Positions 50,095 through 63,985 of a DNA stretch of 64,000 nt are shown here, in pieces. The notes beneath the pieces were generated by a model, which saw only the letters and a program-made list of their open reading frames with translations, was not told where the DNA came from and ran no database searches. The DNA lies in the NCBI GenBank assembly GCA_035221665.1, contig CM069155.1, positions 29,326,001-29,390,000 of the forward strand, read 5' to 3'. How positions within the stretch are numbered: position 1 is the first letter of the stretch; every line of letters begins with the position of its first letter. The position numbers and the translations under genes were made by a program. This DNA is from Okamejei kenojei (Eukaryota).

Positions 50095-50419
50095 CACTAT
50101 TCATTGTGATCATGGCTGATCATTCACAATCAGTAACCCGTGCCTGCCTTCTACCCATCTCCCTTGATTTCGCTAGCCCCGAGAGCTCTATCTAAATCTT
50201 TGAAGTTAATCCAGTGAATTGGCCTTTACTGCCTTCTGTGACAGAGTATCCCACACATTCACAACCGTCTGGGTGAAATTTATTTCTCATCTCAGTTTTA
50301 AATGGCCTCCCCTTTAATATTAGACTGTGCCCCCTGATTCTGGACTCCCCCGTCATTGGGAACATTTTTCCTGCGACAAGCTTATCCAGTCCCTTTATAA
50401 TTTTATAAGTTTCTATGAC

Positions 50420-50455
<36 letters not shown>

Positions 50456-51000
50456 ATCCTTCTAAATTCCAGTGAATACAAGCCCATTATTTCCAATCTT
50501 TCCTCATGTGACAGTCCCGCCATCCCAGGGATTTACCTCTTGAACCTACGCTGCATTGCCTCAATAGCAAGGATGTTCTTCCTCAAATTAAGAGACGAAA
50601 ACTGCACACCACACTCCAGATGTGGTCTCAACTGCAGAAGGATCTCTTTACTCCTCTACGCAAATCCTTCCGTTATGAAGGTCAACATGCCATTAGCTTT
50701 CTTCACTGCCTGCTGTACCTGTTTTTCTTTCAGTGACTGGTGTACAAGGACACCCAGATCTCGCTGCACTTCCCTTTTTCCTAATCTGACACCATTGAGA
50801 TAATAATCTGCCTCTTTGTTCTTGCAGCCAAAGTGGATAAACTCACAATGATCTACATTATACTGCATCTGTCATGCATCTCCCCACTCACTCAACCTGT
50901 CCACGTCACACTGCAATCTCCTAGCATCCTGCTCGCAGTTCACACCATTCGCAGTTCCTACTCTTTGTTTCCTGTTTTCCAACCAATTCTCTATCCATGT
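50095..51000 (-). mobile_element. CR1 3' fragment
   Basis: WQMQYNV, QRDLGVLVH and KKANGML motifs. Paralog at about 60660-61630. Confidence 0.85.
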
Positions 51001-51296
51001 CTTTACCATGTCAAAGATCAAGCAGAGTGCATTGATGAAGGATTGTTTAATGTTTAACAGTTAATAAAGTGGACATGGTGTACTAATAAAACAGTGTTGA
51101 CTCCACTGCAGTTCCAGATGTCTATTGGGATATCTCAATTTCATTCTTAGAGACAACCGATTTAATAAATAGCGTACTGTTTCTTCAGTACAAAGAAGAA
51201 CAACTAGTTTTAAAACAGAGTTTACTTTTGTTTCGAGATCAGATTTATTGATTGTATAAATGAACGTTTCCATCCAGCTCACAGAACTCACCTTCA

Positions 51297-51297
51297 T

Positions 51298-51360
<63 letters not shown>
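51297..51360. repeat. (GA)n microsatellite
   Basis: Seen directly. Confidence 0.95.
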
Positions 51361-51361
<1 letters not shown>

Positions 51362-53620
51362 CCACATCTAACTCCCTCTTAAATATAGCCAATGAACTGA
51401 CCTCAACTACCTTTTGTGGCAGAGAATTCCAGAGATTCGCCACTCTCTGTGTGAAAAATGGTTTTCTCATCTCGGTCCTAAAAGACTTCCCCTTTATCCT
51501 TAGACTGTGACCCCTTGTTCTGGACTTCCCCAACATCGGGAATAACCTTCCTGCATCTAGTCTGTCCAACCCCTTATGAATTTTGTAAATTTCTATAAAA
51601 TCCCCCCTCAATCTTCTAAATTCTAACGAGTACAAACCGAGTCTATCCAGCCTTTCTTCATATGAAAGTCCTGACATTCCAAGAATCAGTCTAGTGAACC
51701 TTCTCTGTACTCCCTCTATGGCAAGAATGTCTTTCCACAGATCAGGAGCCCAAAACTGTACGCAATACCCTAGGTGTACAAATAATCCAGGCTAACCTGA
51801 ATTTCACTCAGTTCCTCCATCTCATTTGACCCGTGGTCCCCTGCTATTTCTGGCAGATTATTTATGTCTTCATTTGTGAAGATAGAACCAAAGTAGTTAT
51901 TCAATTGGTCTGCCATGTCTTTGTTCCCCATGATCGATTCATCTGTTTCTGACTGCAAGCGACCTACATTTGTTTTAACTAATCGTGTTCTCTTCACATA
52001 TCTATAAAAACTTTTGCAGTCAGTTGTTATGTTCCCTGCCAGTTTTCTTTCATAATCTCTTTTCCCTTTCCTAATTAAGCCCTTTGTCCTCCTCTGCTGG
52101 ACTCTGAATTTCTCCCAGTCCTCTGGTAGGCTGCTTTGTCTGCCTAATTTGTATGCTTCACCTTTTGTTTTGATACTTTCTCTGATTTCCCTTGTTATCC
52201 ACGGATGCACTACCTTCCCTGATTTGTTAATTTGCCAAACTGGGATAAACAATTGTTGTAGTTCCTCCATGCAGTCTTTAAATGCCTTTCCATTGCCTAT
52301 CCACCGTCAACCTTTTAAGAATCAATTGCCAGTCTATCTTGGAGAATTCACGTCTCGTACCCTCAAAGTTGCCTTTGGTTAAGTTCAGAACCTTTGTTTC
52401 TGACTTAATTATGTCACTCTCCATCCTAATGAAGAACTCAACCATATTATAGTCACTCTTGCCCAAGGGGCCACGCACAACAAGACTGCTAACTAACCCT
52501 TCCTCATTACTCAATACCCAGTCTAGAATAGCCTGCTCTCTCGTTGGTTCCTCTACATGTTGGTTTAGAAAACTATCAGGCATACATTTCCAGGAAAATC
52601 CCTCTTCCTCAGCACCCCTGCCCATTTCTTGGCGTTATGGGTGGGGGGATGTGGTGATTCACCCAAATTACATGTAGATTGAGTCACCCATTATAACTGT
52701 TTTACCTTTGTTGCACGCATTTCTATAATTTACTGTTTGATGCCACCCCCAACTCCACTACTACTGTTAGGTGGCCTGTACACAAACTCCCACTAGCGTT
52801 TTTGCAACTTAGAGGTAGTTCGCAGTCTACCCCTTATCGATTCACATCCTCCAAGCTGATGTCCTTCCTTTTATATTGAATGCATTCCTCTCTCACCAGC
52901 AACGCTACCCCACCTCCCTTTTCCTTCTGTCTATCCCTCCTGAGTATTGAATATCCCACGATGTTTCAGTCCAGCCTTGGTCCCCCGGAGCCTTGTTCTC
53001 CGATGATCCTAACTATATCATCTTCTTTAATAACTATCTGCACATTCAGCTCATCCACCTTATTACGAATGCCATTGCATTGAGGAATAAAGCCTTCAGG
53101 CTTGTTTTTACAACACTCTTACCCTTGGACAATTATGTTGAAAAGTGGTCCTTTTTGATTTTGCCCTGGATTTGTCTGCCTGCACTTTTTACTTTTCACC
53201 TTGCTACCTATTGCTTCCCTCATTTGTACACCCTCTGCCTCTCTGGCACACACATTTAAGAAAAACCCACCACTCTTATTCTCTGTTTATTATATTTTCC
53301 TTCTTCCTTTTTTTTCACATAAATGGTTGGGTATGAGTGCCTTTCCCGTCTTGCCTCCTGCTCACACACTGTATACTAGCTTTCTCTATTGAGCCCTCTC
53401 CGCAAACCGTTCTAGTTTACGGTCTTCCCAGATCCTTTGCCATCATTCCGCAGGATATTGGTCCCCCTTGGGTTCAAGTGCACCCGACCGTTTTGAAAGG
53501 TCATACCTTCCAAGTAGAAGTCCCAATGATCCAGAAACTTGAATCCCTTGCCCTCGACTCAAGTCCTTCAGCCCCCGCATTTATCCTCCCAAAAAACCTG
53601 TTCTATTCTACCCTCACTGT
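51361..53620 (-). mobile_element. CR1 LINE with internal deletion, abutting the (GA)n tract
   Basis: ORFs contain YEERLDRLGLYSLE, HPWITREI and ILDWVLSN..LGKSDYN. A junction lies near 51775. Confidence 0.85.
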
Positions 53621-56080
53621 TCGCGTGGGTAGATGGAATTAAACCAAATCGTGGGAGTTCCCCCCCCCCCCCCAAAAATAGGAACATTGGCGTTTTTTAC
53701 ATCGGAGATCAAGAGGCCATGGGCAAAGTGATAATGTACAGTTATATCGCAAAAGTAAAGGTGATATGGCCAGTTGTGTTGAATAGACGTGGTTAAAATA
53801 GACGGTGCGCTAATGACACCGTTTGAGACGCTTAATAGGCTTGTTGAACATGTGGTTGACAAAAATAAATTTGGGAATAACCAAAAAAGTTGCAAGAGGA
53901 GATCTCAGAGTCGTTCTCGCGCGAGGACTCGTGCCGCAGAACCGGACTGGGAAACCCACCGGAAGGTAAGTTTTGCCCGTCAGCAGTAACCGGCAACTTA
54001 GTCATTACCGTGGGAATCTGGTTAAACTCTTGTTCATCAACGGGGAGTCTCGTACACATCCACGAGTCTTTCACTCGGGGTACCTCGTGGGTCAACTCGC
54101 ACCGGGGAACTGTGTGGAGGGAGGCAATACCTGGACGGTGAAGAGGCCGATAAAGATCGGCCACGCTGCCAGTGCAGCTGAACTTCACGGTCGGTGAATA
54201 AACCATTCATTATTAACAGCTGGGATTTGAAAATGGGTAAACTCTGGCGACGCTATATACTGTCTCAGTGCACACCCACGATACAACTTTACTGTATCTG
54301 AGATGTTTATCTAAGATGTATTTAGTGCTTATGTATAGTGATATTTGTACTGACTGTAACAAAAGTGATTTACACAGTACCCGGTAGATGTGAATAACGC
54401 CATTAGATCCATTCTAAAACTCTACGTATTTCTTTGAAGATAGACTAAAAAGCTGGTCAGCCAACATCTCGGGAGAAAGAAATTGAATAGGCGACGTTTC
54501 GGGTTCTGAAGAAGCTTCGTCGCTATTCGTTTTTTATCAGAGATGCTGTCTGACGAGAATGATTTTCTCCAACTTGTTTATGTCTATCTTCGGTTTAAAC
54601 CGGCACCTGCAGTCCTTCCTACACACTTGTATTTCTTTAATCTGCAACACCGGTTCAGTGTATTGAATTGGGCGCAGACGATTTCTGAGAGTTTCGAAGA
54701 GAAAAATAGAGGAGAGCGAGTTGGAAAAAAATGCTTAATGTGGAGGGATGAAACACGAGAACCCTGGATTGTTGGATCTACAGTGCGGACATAATTTCAT
54801 TGCTGGTCTGGTATGTAAGGGTGAGATGAAGTGGAATGTCTTCGCCGAGGTTGTGAATCATGGAATCCTCTTTGTTGGGTGACTTAGAATGTCCAGTCCA
54901 TTGCAATAAATTTCATATCTGATCGTCTGATATTGAATGATAGTTGGACACTAGAGAACAGATGGAAACGCCAAAACCAGTAAGATTAATCTTGCTGTTT
55001 GCTCCCACAGAAACAATAATACAAACCCACAGCGGGGATTGTGATGGTACATGGAAGTTAACGACGGCCTAAGCGTAATTGGAATACAAATTCTCGTCAT
55101 TGGTTAATGTCAATGTCTTTGGTGAGAAAAGGGGTGTGTGTGTGTGGTGTGGAGTGGAGGTTTGGTTTTTTTGGTTGGTTGGTGTGTTTGTTTGTTGGGT
55201 GTTTGGTGGATGAGTGGAGGTAGTGTTTTGTTGTTTTGTTGGGGATGTTTCTGGAGGTGTGGAGTGCGGGTGCATAGTGTGGATAGTTGTGAAGCAGAGC
55301 GTGGGATACAATTTGTCAGTTTTACAGAATCTTGCTGACATGTGGGAATTAATGTAGAGTACGGGAAAATGTCCAGGTATTCAATATCTTGCCTTTATTT
55401 ACAGTAAAGTAACGGTGCACCTTATTGAACGGAAAACATACGTAACAAATCCTTTAACCCTGAAGGTGTTGGGTTGGTAGGGATATATTATTGAACAAAA
55501 GAACAACCTGAAACGTCAAATCAATTTCTCACTTCAGGTCGCTCGCCTGCTGAGTATGCTATTTTTGTGGTTCTTATTCGAGTTGAAATCACCTTGGTCA
55601 TGATTGGGGTTTTAGAACGCATTGTGTCACTTGATGCGTGCACAACTCACTACTGTTCTACATTGTAATTCGCGTTCGAGAATTGAGGGGAAATTATTCA
55701 AGCGTTTCTGTCAATGTACAAGACAACACAATCCATATTATGCGTCATGTTTTGGGTCATAAATAAATCAATGAGAATCAGCAATAACATTTGACAATTA
55801 GTTTAAAGCTCTTACTCAACGTCTGCAAAGAATTACCTTGGGTACAATAGCAACATACATGCTTATAGTTAACGCATTGAATCGACGATGCTTTATTCAA
55901 GAACTATATTCTTCGAAAGAAACAACAAGTTAAAGCGAACAAAAGTCATAAAAATCAAGGTTTCAACCAGAAATTGGCATTTCTTTATGAAAATTTCCGA
56001 AAGACAAAGACTAACTTTGTCAAATGGAGAACCCAATGGCGATTAACTAACTGTGGGGAGTCAGCTCACGCTTCAAAACA

Positions 56081-56404
56081 TCAGATACAGCTGGATCTCA
56101 TGATAGTTGTCTTCAGGCGGTTTGACTGAGTTGGTTGTTTAACCACACAGGAGTAAAGATCGTGTAGTTCCAGTCTGAGGCTGTCAAGAGTCTGGTAACT
56201 GCTGAGAATGAACGTTGTTGTCCTTATCCTGTGGATCGGGTGGTCTCCACTCCGCACTATTTTTTGGCACCGCCGCTCGACGCTCCACTCAACGGCACCG
56301 AGCCCGGATTAAAGCCGTTCACAAACCACACCAAGGTGGCGGTGCGTTGAGGTATAACTCATCGGCTGAAGGAGGGAGGACCGTTCACGATCGGTGCCGA
56401 GGAT
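56081..56404 (-). pseudogene. IgL constant exon, cluster 4 (many 1-bp indels as assembled)
   Basis: Aligns to C2 and C3 throughout (ttaaccacacaggagtaaag; gttccagtctgaggctgtca; ttaaagccgttcac). Acceptor aaacag, ends SSCI*. Confidence 0.88.
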
Positions 56405-57629
56405 CTGTTTAATAAGAAGGTCCACATTTAATTGGGAGAATGTTGTCGTTGAGATATCATTATTTGCCGAAAAATACATCTCATTAAAAAATCATTTTAT
56501 TCATTTGTAGAAAATAAGTCGTTTATTCTCTGACCTATTTCCAACCTCATTATGGTGTGGGTTTTTTTTACTTGTGTGAACAATAAATAAAGTACGTGAA
56601 AGCTACTAGAATAGATCCTGTCTACCCTATGCATAAACTCCGGTAAAGCTTATATGATAGATCATGGCGCACTAGTTTATAAATACGAATTACATTATTA
56701 CAACTTTTTATAATGTTCAATTTTACTACACATTTTACTTTTACATTTATATAAATATATTCAGCAGTTAAAACGATTTCGCGTCGCCGGGAACATATAA
56801 TAACAGATTTAAACGTATATAATTGTCGGAACCCTTTGAGATGGAGGGTGGCGCTATTTAAATTCGGCAAAATTATATAGAAACTTTTCTGCTAAGCCGG
56901 TTGTCGATTGGCAGATGTCGTTCAAAGCAAGGATGGCATTGTAGTGATCATTTAAATTGAAATGCATTGTTGCGTCCACGAAAGGCAGCTATAGTATAAA
57001 CAAAAGTTCTGGAACAAAATTGTGCGAAGTTCATTTCTTTCGCATTTCGCATTTTGATATCCTTGTTCAAACCCGTCAACGGAATTTATGACAGTGTTGA
57101 ATATTATCGTTGCTGAACCCCGTACCCAAGCCATATTTCCTTTCATATCTGCACAATCACTGCGAATAATCGACAATTTATTGGGACGACCCAATTCCAT
57201 GCAACTTCAGTTTACATCAACCCTCTTCCTAATTGACTATATTCAAAAATCCGAGAGAAATTTCACCATTCGCAAGGTAGTACGCAGATATTATGAGACG
57301 GTAAAAAATAGAAAATTGAAGAATTATGCTTCACATTTTCGGTACATTAAATCATGGTGCGTGACCTAAGTAATTCTGTGAACTGTAAAACAATATTTTA
57401 TTTGGAATCACAAGCTGCGAATTGCTAATATAATAGGTGGACGCTGTAAGGGTTAGTTTCTTGCTCGTGTCATGTTGTTATGAAATGCTTAGAAGGCGGA
57501 ATATGGCTCTGATCAGTGCAACAATTAATAAATTTTTTCGTCGCTTATTATATACATTATTTTCTAACAATATCTGCATTGAAATAAAAAGAAAACAGCG
57601 CGCTAATCCGATGATATATGTTACTTTAC

Positions 57630-57978
57630 CGCCAATACCAGCCTCGTTCCTTTACCGAAAATGTTAACCACTATCCATTGGCCCAGTAATAATCAGCAGC
57701 ATCCAACCGATGAACGCTAGATATTGCGAATATTAGAAAGAGTTGCCGGACACCGAGACGGAGAAAAAAAAAAACGGTCTCTGGAAAGGTCCGTGCCTTT
57801 ATAATTGTGCTGGAATAATACCAGAATAGATATTTGGGTGTTTGCCAGGAATCTGTTGGTACCACGCGACATCGTTAGCGCCTTGAACTGGAACCGATAT
57901 GGTGCAGGATTTTGTATGTTCTGTCCAGTAGAGGTGGACATCGAAGGCGCTGACTTACTGTAACTGCCGCGCTTAAGT
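57630..57978 (-). pseudogene. Germline-joined VJ exon, cluster 4 (paralog of VJ2, frameshifted as assembled)
   Basis: Fragments LSAAVTVSQ, MSTSTGQNIQ, TPKYLFWYYSST and DAADYY. The junction tggatagtggtt-acattt-ggtaaaggaacgaggctg matches VJ2. Confidence 0.88.
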
Positions 57979-58106
57979 CTGAGATAAGAGAAATATCAGA
58001 GTAAAAAATGAAAATTGTTAGTTTGTTGTAAAGTGTGTGAGTGATAACCCCAAATTGATGGTGCACAGAAATAAGTATAATGTCTAGGAAAATGTTAAAT
58101 ACTCAC

Positions 58107-58153
58107 ATACTGGCAAAAAAACAACGCACGACCACACGGATCAAATAAGACAT
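58107..58153 (-). pseudogene. IgL leader exon, cluster 4 (47 nt, indels)
   Basis: ATG at 58153 and gtgagt donor at 58101-58106. Aligns to leader 2. Confidence 0.7.
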
Positions 58154-58233
58154 TTGCAATTAACCGACTGAGCTCTCGATGGGGCGGCAAGTTTCCAGGA
58201 CAAGTGGCGTGTTAATCTTGCTCTCTGGCTTCT

Positions 58234-58315
58234 TTTATAAATGGAATGACGAGAGGTCACACGTGTGTTTATCTCTCCAAACCAATCAACGGTATGCTCC
58301 GTCGAAGCCAATCAG
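58234..58315 (-). promoter_or_regulatory. IgL promoter, cluster 4: TATA and CCAAT boxes, octamer disrupted
   Basis: tttataaatggaatgacgag and gtcgaagccaatcagaaatt are identical to cluster 2. aatgcaaac is replaced by tctccaaac. Confidence 0.65.
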
Positions 58316-61300
58316 AAATTGTCAGATTATTCCTCAAAATATTCGCCACTGTGAAAATGCAGGTCCTTATTTTAGAGATTTGTATTTCTAAAAAGCTTCA
58401 TGTATTCTAATACATTCATCAGAATTACAAGGATTGCCACAGTTTCCCTTCTTTATTAACAAACAATCTATAATTTTTCAATATGACCCCACCGGTATAT
58501 ATATTAAACAAATTGTACTGCGAGTATTCACTGTTATATTTGGTAATGTTTTAATCACCATTGAAATGGGAATATAAATATTTTATCTAAAACGGTCCAA
58601 CTGAATCCGTATCGCTGACTACTAAAACTGATAACAGTCACTCCTGGCACTTTTTGTTTAATTATATATCACAATAAATCTAAATATCTTTGTAATTTTA
58701 AAAAATCGTAAATCACAGGCTGCTTCTACTTGTGTATCAGATAATTCAGAAAGAACCTGAGGGGACTGAACATCACTGCAATCTCAAGTAAAGTTGCAGT
58801 TTAGTTTTGGAGGCAATTTTGGACCACCCGATGTGTGTCGTGCTTGGGGAAAAGTTTTCATGTTGTAATGCGCTGTAATTCGCAAACCTTGCCACGACTC
58901 AAAAGTGGAAAGGTTACTGAACCAATATTAATGCATATTATGAGAGAGGAAAAGGGGTCACATTGACTCTTCACCGTCCACTTCCAGAGTTCTTTCGACT
59001 TTGTAGGTTACGCCAGGACGACAGGAATTTACACACAGCAATCCATATTCATTAAGTAGTTGAATAGAATAGGGAAACTCCTGCTATCTGGCAAAACTGA
59101 CAAGGGGAAAGGAAAAACACGAAGAGCGGTGTCGGGAAATAGGGGTGAGAAAAAGGTACTTATCAAACATTATTTGTCCTTAAATTGTCATTAAACTAAA
59201 TAAGTTTAGCTGTGAAATGGACTGGTCACCATCCATTAAACTTAACGTTCATCCTTTCACAACTACGTTTTCCCCATGAACTGCCTGGGATTTCCAGGAT
59301 AGCTCGGTTTCCTCCCACACTACAAAGACAGATTGGGAGGTTCATAGGTTTGTAATATTTTATTGTTCATAAAAGTGTTGTAGGATAATGTTAATGTGCG
59401 GGTACTGTTGATCAGGTGGTAGAGGATCTGTTTCCGCGCTGTATCTCCAAATTAAACTAAAGTGACTACAATGTGTATCATCTACAGAATGAGCTGCAAT
59501 TGGGCGCCTCCGTCACTGAAGTAGGCAGATCACTACGACTAGCAAGTTTACCTATTGTTTTTAAGTACAAGGTCCCTGCTCTCTCGTTCTCATAATTCTC
59601 TTATTGCTGCACGTTTTAAACTTTGCAACGTGCAATACCGTGAGAATATGAACACGCGAAACACCCAAATGCCGATCCGCAGATGCTACATGATCCGCCA
59701 TGGAGTCAAAGAGAGTCATAGAGTCATAGAGTGTGGAAACAGGCCCTTCACCCCAACTTTCCCACATCGGCCAAACGTTCCCATTCTACACAACGCCCAC
59801 CTGCCGTTTAGGTCCATATCCCTCCAAATCCGTCATATCAATTTACTTGCCTAACTGTTTTTTAAACGTTGGGATAGTCCCTGGCACAACTACCTCCTCT
59901 GGCTGCTTGTTCCATACATCCACCACCTCTGAGGGAAAAGGTTTACCGCTCAGATTCCTATTAAATCTTTGCCCCGTCACCATAAACCTGGACCTCGATT
60001 CACCTACTCTGGGCAAGGGGACCTGTCCATCTTACCCGATCTATTCATCTCACGTCCTCTATATACTTTTATAATATTTCCCCTCATCTTCCTGCTCTCC
60101 AAGTAATAGTGTCCCAGCCTTACTCAAACACCCCCACCCCCCCCCCCCCCCCCCCCCCTATACTCAAACTCTATACTCATTACTGTGGCTTGATGAAGCC
60201 AATGTGCCAAAAGCCTTTTTTGAGCACCCGCTCTAACCGTCGATGCCCAGGTCCTGCCTATGTTAGAATTCCCAAAAGCAAACATTTTACATTTTTCTGC
60301 ATTAATTCCATCAACCATTCCTGCCTACCTGGCCAATTGATCAAGAACCTGTGCACTTCTTCACAATCCTCTCCGATATCTGCAAAAACCTCCAAGTTTG
60401 TAATCATCGGAAAACTTGCTATCTTAACCAGCATGATCCCATTCAAAATCATTGATATTAGATGAATAAAACATTAACGGGCCCAGCAACAGAATCCTGA
60501 AGACACCCGGGTACCTAGCACTTTGTGTTTATCATGATTCCAGATCTGGGTTCTTGTGTCTCTGTGCCCCACTTTTGGATGGGCAATAAATACTACATTC
60601 CCAAAGACGGTTCATCCTACAAATGAATAACATTGGAAGATTTAGTATGGCAAATGAGATAGAAAACATAGAAAAATTCTATTTTCAGGAGGTGCAGGAG
60701 GAAGGCCATTTGGCCCTTCGAGCCTTGCACCGCTATTTCATTGTCATCATGGTGATATCCACAATCAGTAACCAGTGCATGGCCTTCTCCCCATATCCAT
60801 TGATTACGCTAGCCCCGAGAGGCTACTAACTTTTAAAATTAATCCCAGTGAATTGGCCTTTGCGGCCTTCTGTGGCAGAGTATTCACAAATTCACAAACT
60901 CTTGGGTGGAAAGTTTTTTCATCACAGNNNNNNNNNNNNNNNNNNNNNNNNNNNNNNNNNNNNNNNNNNNNNNNNNNNNNNNNNNNNNNNNNNNNNNNNN
61001 NNNNNNNNNNNNNNNNNNNNNNNNNNNNNNNNNNNNNNNNNNNNNNNNNNNNNNNNNNNNNNNNNNNNNNNNNNNNNNNNNNNNNNNNNNGTGGCCCCTG
61101 GTGCTGGGGATTGAACCTACGCTGCACTGCCTCAATGAGCATGGATTGTCCTTCTCCAAATTAGGGAGACCAAAACTGACACATCCTCGAGATGTGGTCT
61201 CACAGGGCCCTGTGGAAAACTGCAGAAGGACCTCTTTCCCCTCTACTCAAATCCTCTCGTATGAAGGGCAATGCCGTTAGCTTTCTTCACGGCCTGTTCC

Positions 61301-63149
61301 ATACCTGGTGTACAAGGAAACCCAGGTCTCGCTGCACTCCCCTTTTTCCTAATATGACACAATTGAGATAATAATCTGCTCCTTGTGGCTAAAAGTGGAT
61401 ATAACTCACAATTATCCCCTACATTATACTGCATCTGCCATGCATCTGCCCACTCACTCAACCCCTGGTCCAAGTCAACCCGGAACCTCCAGCATACTCT
61501 TCGACTTCACAAGGCACCCAACTTTGTGCATCTGCAAATTTGTTTGTGATACTTTAATCCCATCATCTAATAATTAATACATTATGTAAATAGTTGCGGT
61601 CCCCAGCACCCGGAGTCTTTCGGCATACACTTCGCATTTATTCCTACTTCTTTGTTTCAGCGTTGACCCCACTGCCACTTCCAGATGTCTTTTAGGTTAT
61701 CTAAATTCATGAGATATACGAGACTAGCGCTGGCCCTGGATTTACTAAAAAGCTCTCTGTTTCTTGAGTACAAGAAGAAAATTAGTTTTTTTTAAATCAG
61801 AGTTTACTTTGTGTCCCCCCCCCCCCCCCCGAGCTCAGATTTATTGATTATATAAATGAATGTTTCGTTCCAGCTCACAGAACTCCACCTTCATGAGAGA
61901 GAGAAGAAGAGAGAGATGAGGAGACGGGAGGATGAGAGAGATGAGAGAGAGAGAAAGACTGCACATTAGATCATGACCCGAAAGGTGCCAGAGGACTTTC
62001 GAGTTCCCCAGACCAGCTGCAGCATTCAGAACCTGGAAGAGCAGAAAATTCATATGAAGTATATTATTAACCGCCGTTTTATTCTGTTCAGTTTAATGAG
62101 CGTAAGGCGTGAGATTTACAGCTTCTATTAAGATCGTGGTGGAACCAAAATAATCTATCTCGTTCTATTCCATTTACAGTTCCCACTCAATACCAAAACT
62201 CTCAAGGGACTTCTCTGATATTGCTCCAAAAAGGAGCAATATGGCTGTGATGATATCCTTGCCACACGTGATGGTTTCTTGCTTCCGACAACATTCAAGT
62301 AGTCCGACCATTTTACAGGATTAAGTTTTTTATTTCAATGACATAATCCCATCCTTGTCTCTCCTTTGCTACAAGTGCAACAAGCCCACGGTCTTGTCGT
62401 CTACAGAATGCAATTCTAATCGGTCCCTCTTACGTATAACCGGCAACAAAGTAGTCAACAAGGCATTCAAGAAACCAGGACACATAAATTCATAAGTTCA
62501 TAAAAATTCATTGTCTATGAGCAGATTTATGCCTTCGGCCATCAAAGGCTACTCCGCCATTCTATTCGTGGGACCTATCTACCTTAACCTCCTAAACACC
62601 ATTCTCATCTTANNNNNNNNNNNNNNNNNNNNNNNNNNNNNNNNNNNNNNNNNNNNNNNNNNNNNNNNNNNNNNNNNNNNNNNNNNNNNNNNNNNNNNNN
62701 NNNNNNNNNNNNNNNNNNNNNNNNNNNNNNNNNNNNNNNNNNNNNNNNNNNNNNNNNNNNNNNNNNNNNNNNNNNNNNNNNNNNNNNNNNNNNNNNNNNN
62801 NNNNNNNNNNNNNNNNNNNNNNNNNNNNNNNNNNNNNNNNNNNNNNNNNNNNNNNNNNNNNNNNNNNNNNNNNNNNNNNNNNNNNNNNNNNNNNNNNNNN
62901 NNNNNNNNNNNNNNNNNNNNNNNNNNNNNNNNNNNNNNNNNNNNNNNNNNNNNNNNNNNNNNNNNNNNNNNNNNNNNNNNNNNNNNNNNNNNNNNNNNNN
63001 NNNNNNNNNNNNNNNNNNNNNNNNNNNNNNNNNNNNNNNNNNNNNNNNNNNNNNNNNNNNNNNNNNNNNNNNNNNNNNNNNNNNNNNNNNNNNNNNNNNN
63101 NNNNNNNNNNNNGGCACTTCCATAGCCGGTAAATGTCACAAATGAATAC

Positions 63150-63415
63150 AGCCCTTATCAGGTGCTGCTGGCACGGCCTCCCTCTAGCCGCACTTTCATA
63201 TTGAAGCAGCCCCCTGTCAGTGCTCTGGCGCAGCTGTCCCATAGACCGAACATTTACACATGAAGCAGCCCTGTCAGGCGCTGCCGCACGAGCCGTCCCC
63301 ATAGCCCAGCACATTTTACACATGAAGCAGCCCTGTCCCGGCGCGCCTGACCCCATAGCCCCACATTTGACACATGAAGCACCCTGTCAGGCGCGGCCTG
63401 TCCCATAGCCCCGCT
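63150..63415. repeat. Minisatellite, about 55-60-bp unit, 4-5 copies
   Basis: Repeating cacatgaagcagccctgtcaggcgc...cccatagccc..acatttta. Confidence 0.8.
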
Positions 63416-63689
63416 ATATTAGTGTGTAAGCTCACGTAAATCAACATTTAGTGTACAGCTTTACCTATGAACTATAAAAAAATTCATACACCCTTGCTTA
63501 AAACAATTATAACATTGTCAGAAACACATATAACAATAACTTTTTTACTTTGCCTTAGCTTTTACTTAAAGAAAACACATAAAATACATACTTGATTATA
63601 TGAGAAACCCTTTATAGCCCGACTCACGCCAAGTCCAATATAGGGGCTGAATGAGTCCCAGTAATTTCTGACGTGGGACCAACATCTGG

Positions 63690-63985
63690 TGACCACTGAC
63701 CCCACTGTCATGGCTCCAGCGTTTGCTTCCTGCCGTTCCAATGGCATCCCCACAGCTGGGAGCGCCTGACCCCCCCTGTCAGTGACTCTGCTTAAATTTC
63801 TTGCCGTTTTTACGGCAATCACGCAGGCTGGGAGCAGCTGACCCCCCCTGTCAAGCGACTTCTGCTTAAATTTCTTGCTGTTATTAGGCATTCCTGCAGG
63901 CTGGGACCGCTGACCCCCCTGTCACGCTCTGCTTAAATTTCTTGCCGTTAATATGCATTTCTCTGCAGCAGGGAGCCGCTGACTG
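63690..63985. repeat. Minisatellite, about 70-75-bp unit, about 4 copies
   Basis: Repeating gctgggagc..ctgacccccctgtca..ctctgcttaaatttcttgccgtt. Confidence 0.8.

Larger units (their letters stand above)
47915..51300. repeat. Duplicated upstream block (paralog of about 58810-61900; more distant paralog about 30600-32340)
   Basis: Colinear unique sequence (aattcgcaaa..ccacgactcaaa; atctacagaatgagctg; cagctcacagaactc..cttcatgagag) plus shared CR1 fragments. Confidence 0.85.

Noticed and set aside
53832-54206. 124-aa ORF and overlapping ORFs
   Set aside because: No recognisable motifs or splice context. Probably a repeat remnant in a noisy region.
63150-63985. CRISPR-like array
   Set aside because: Units are contiguous degenerate tandem repeats without unique spacers, in a vertebrate context with no cas genes.
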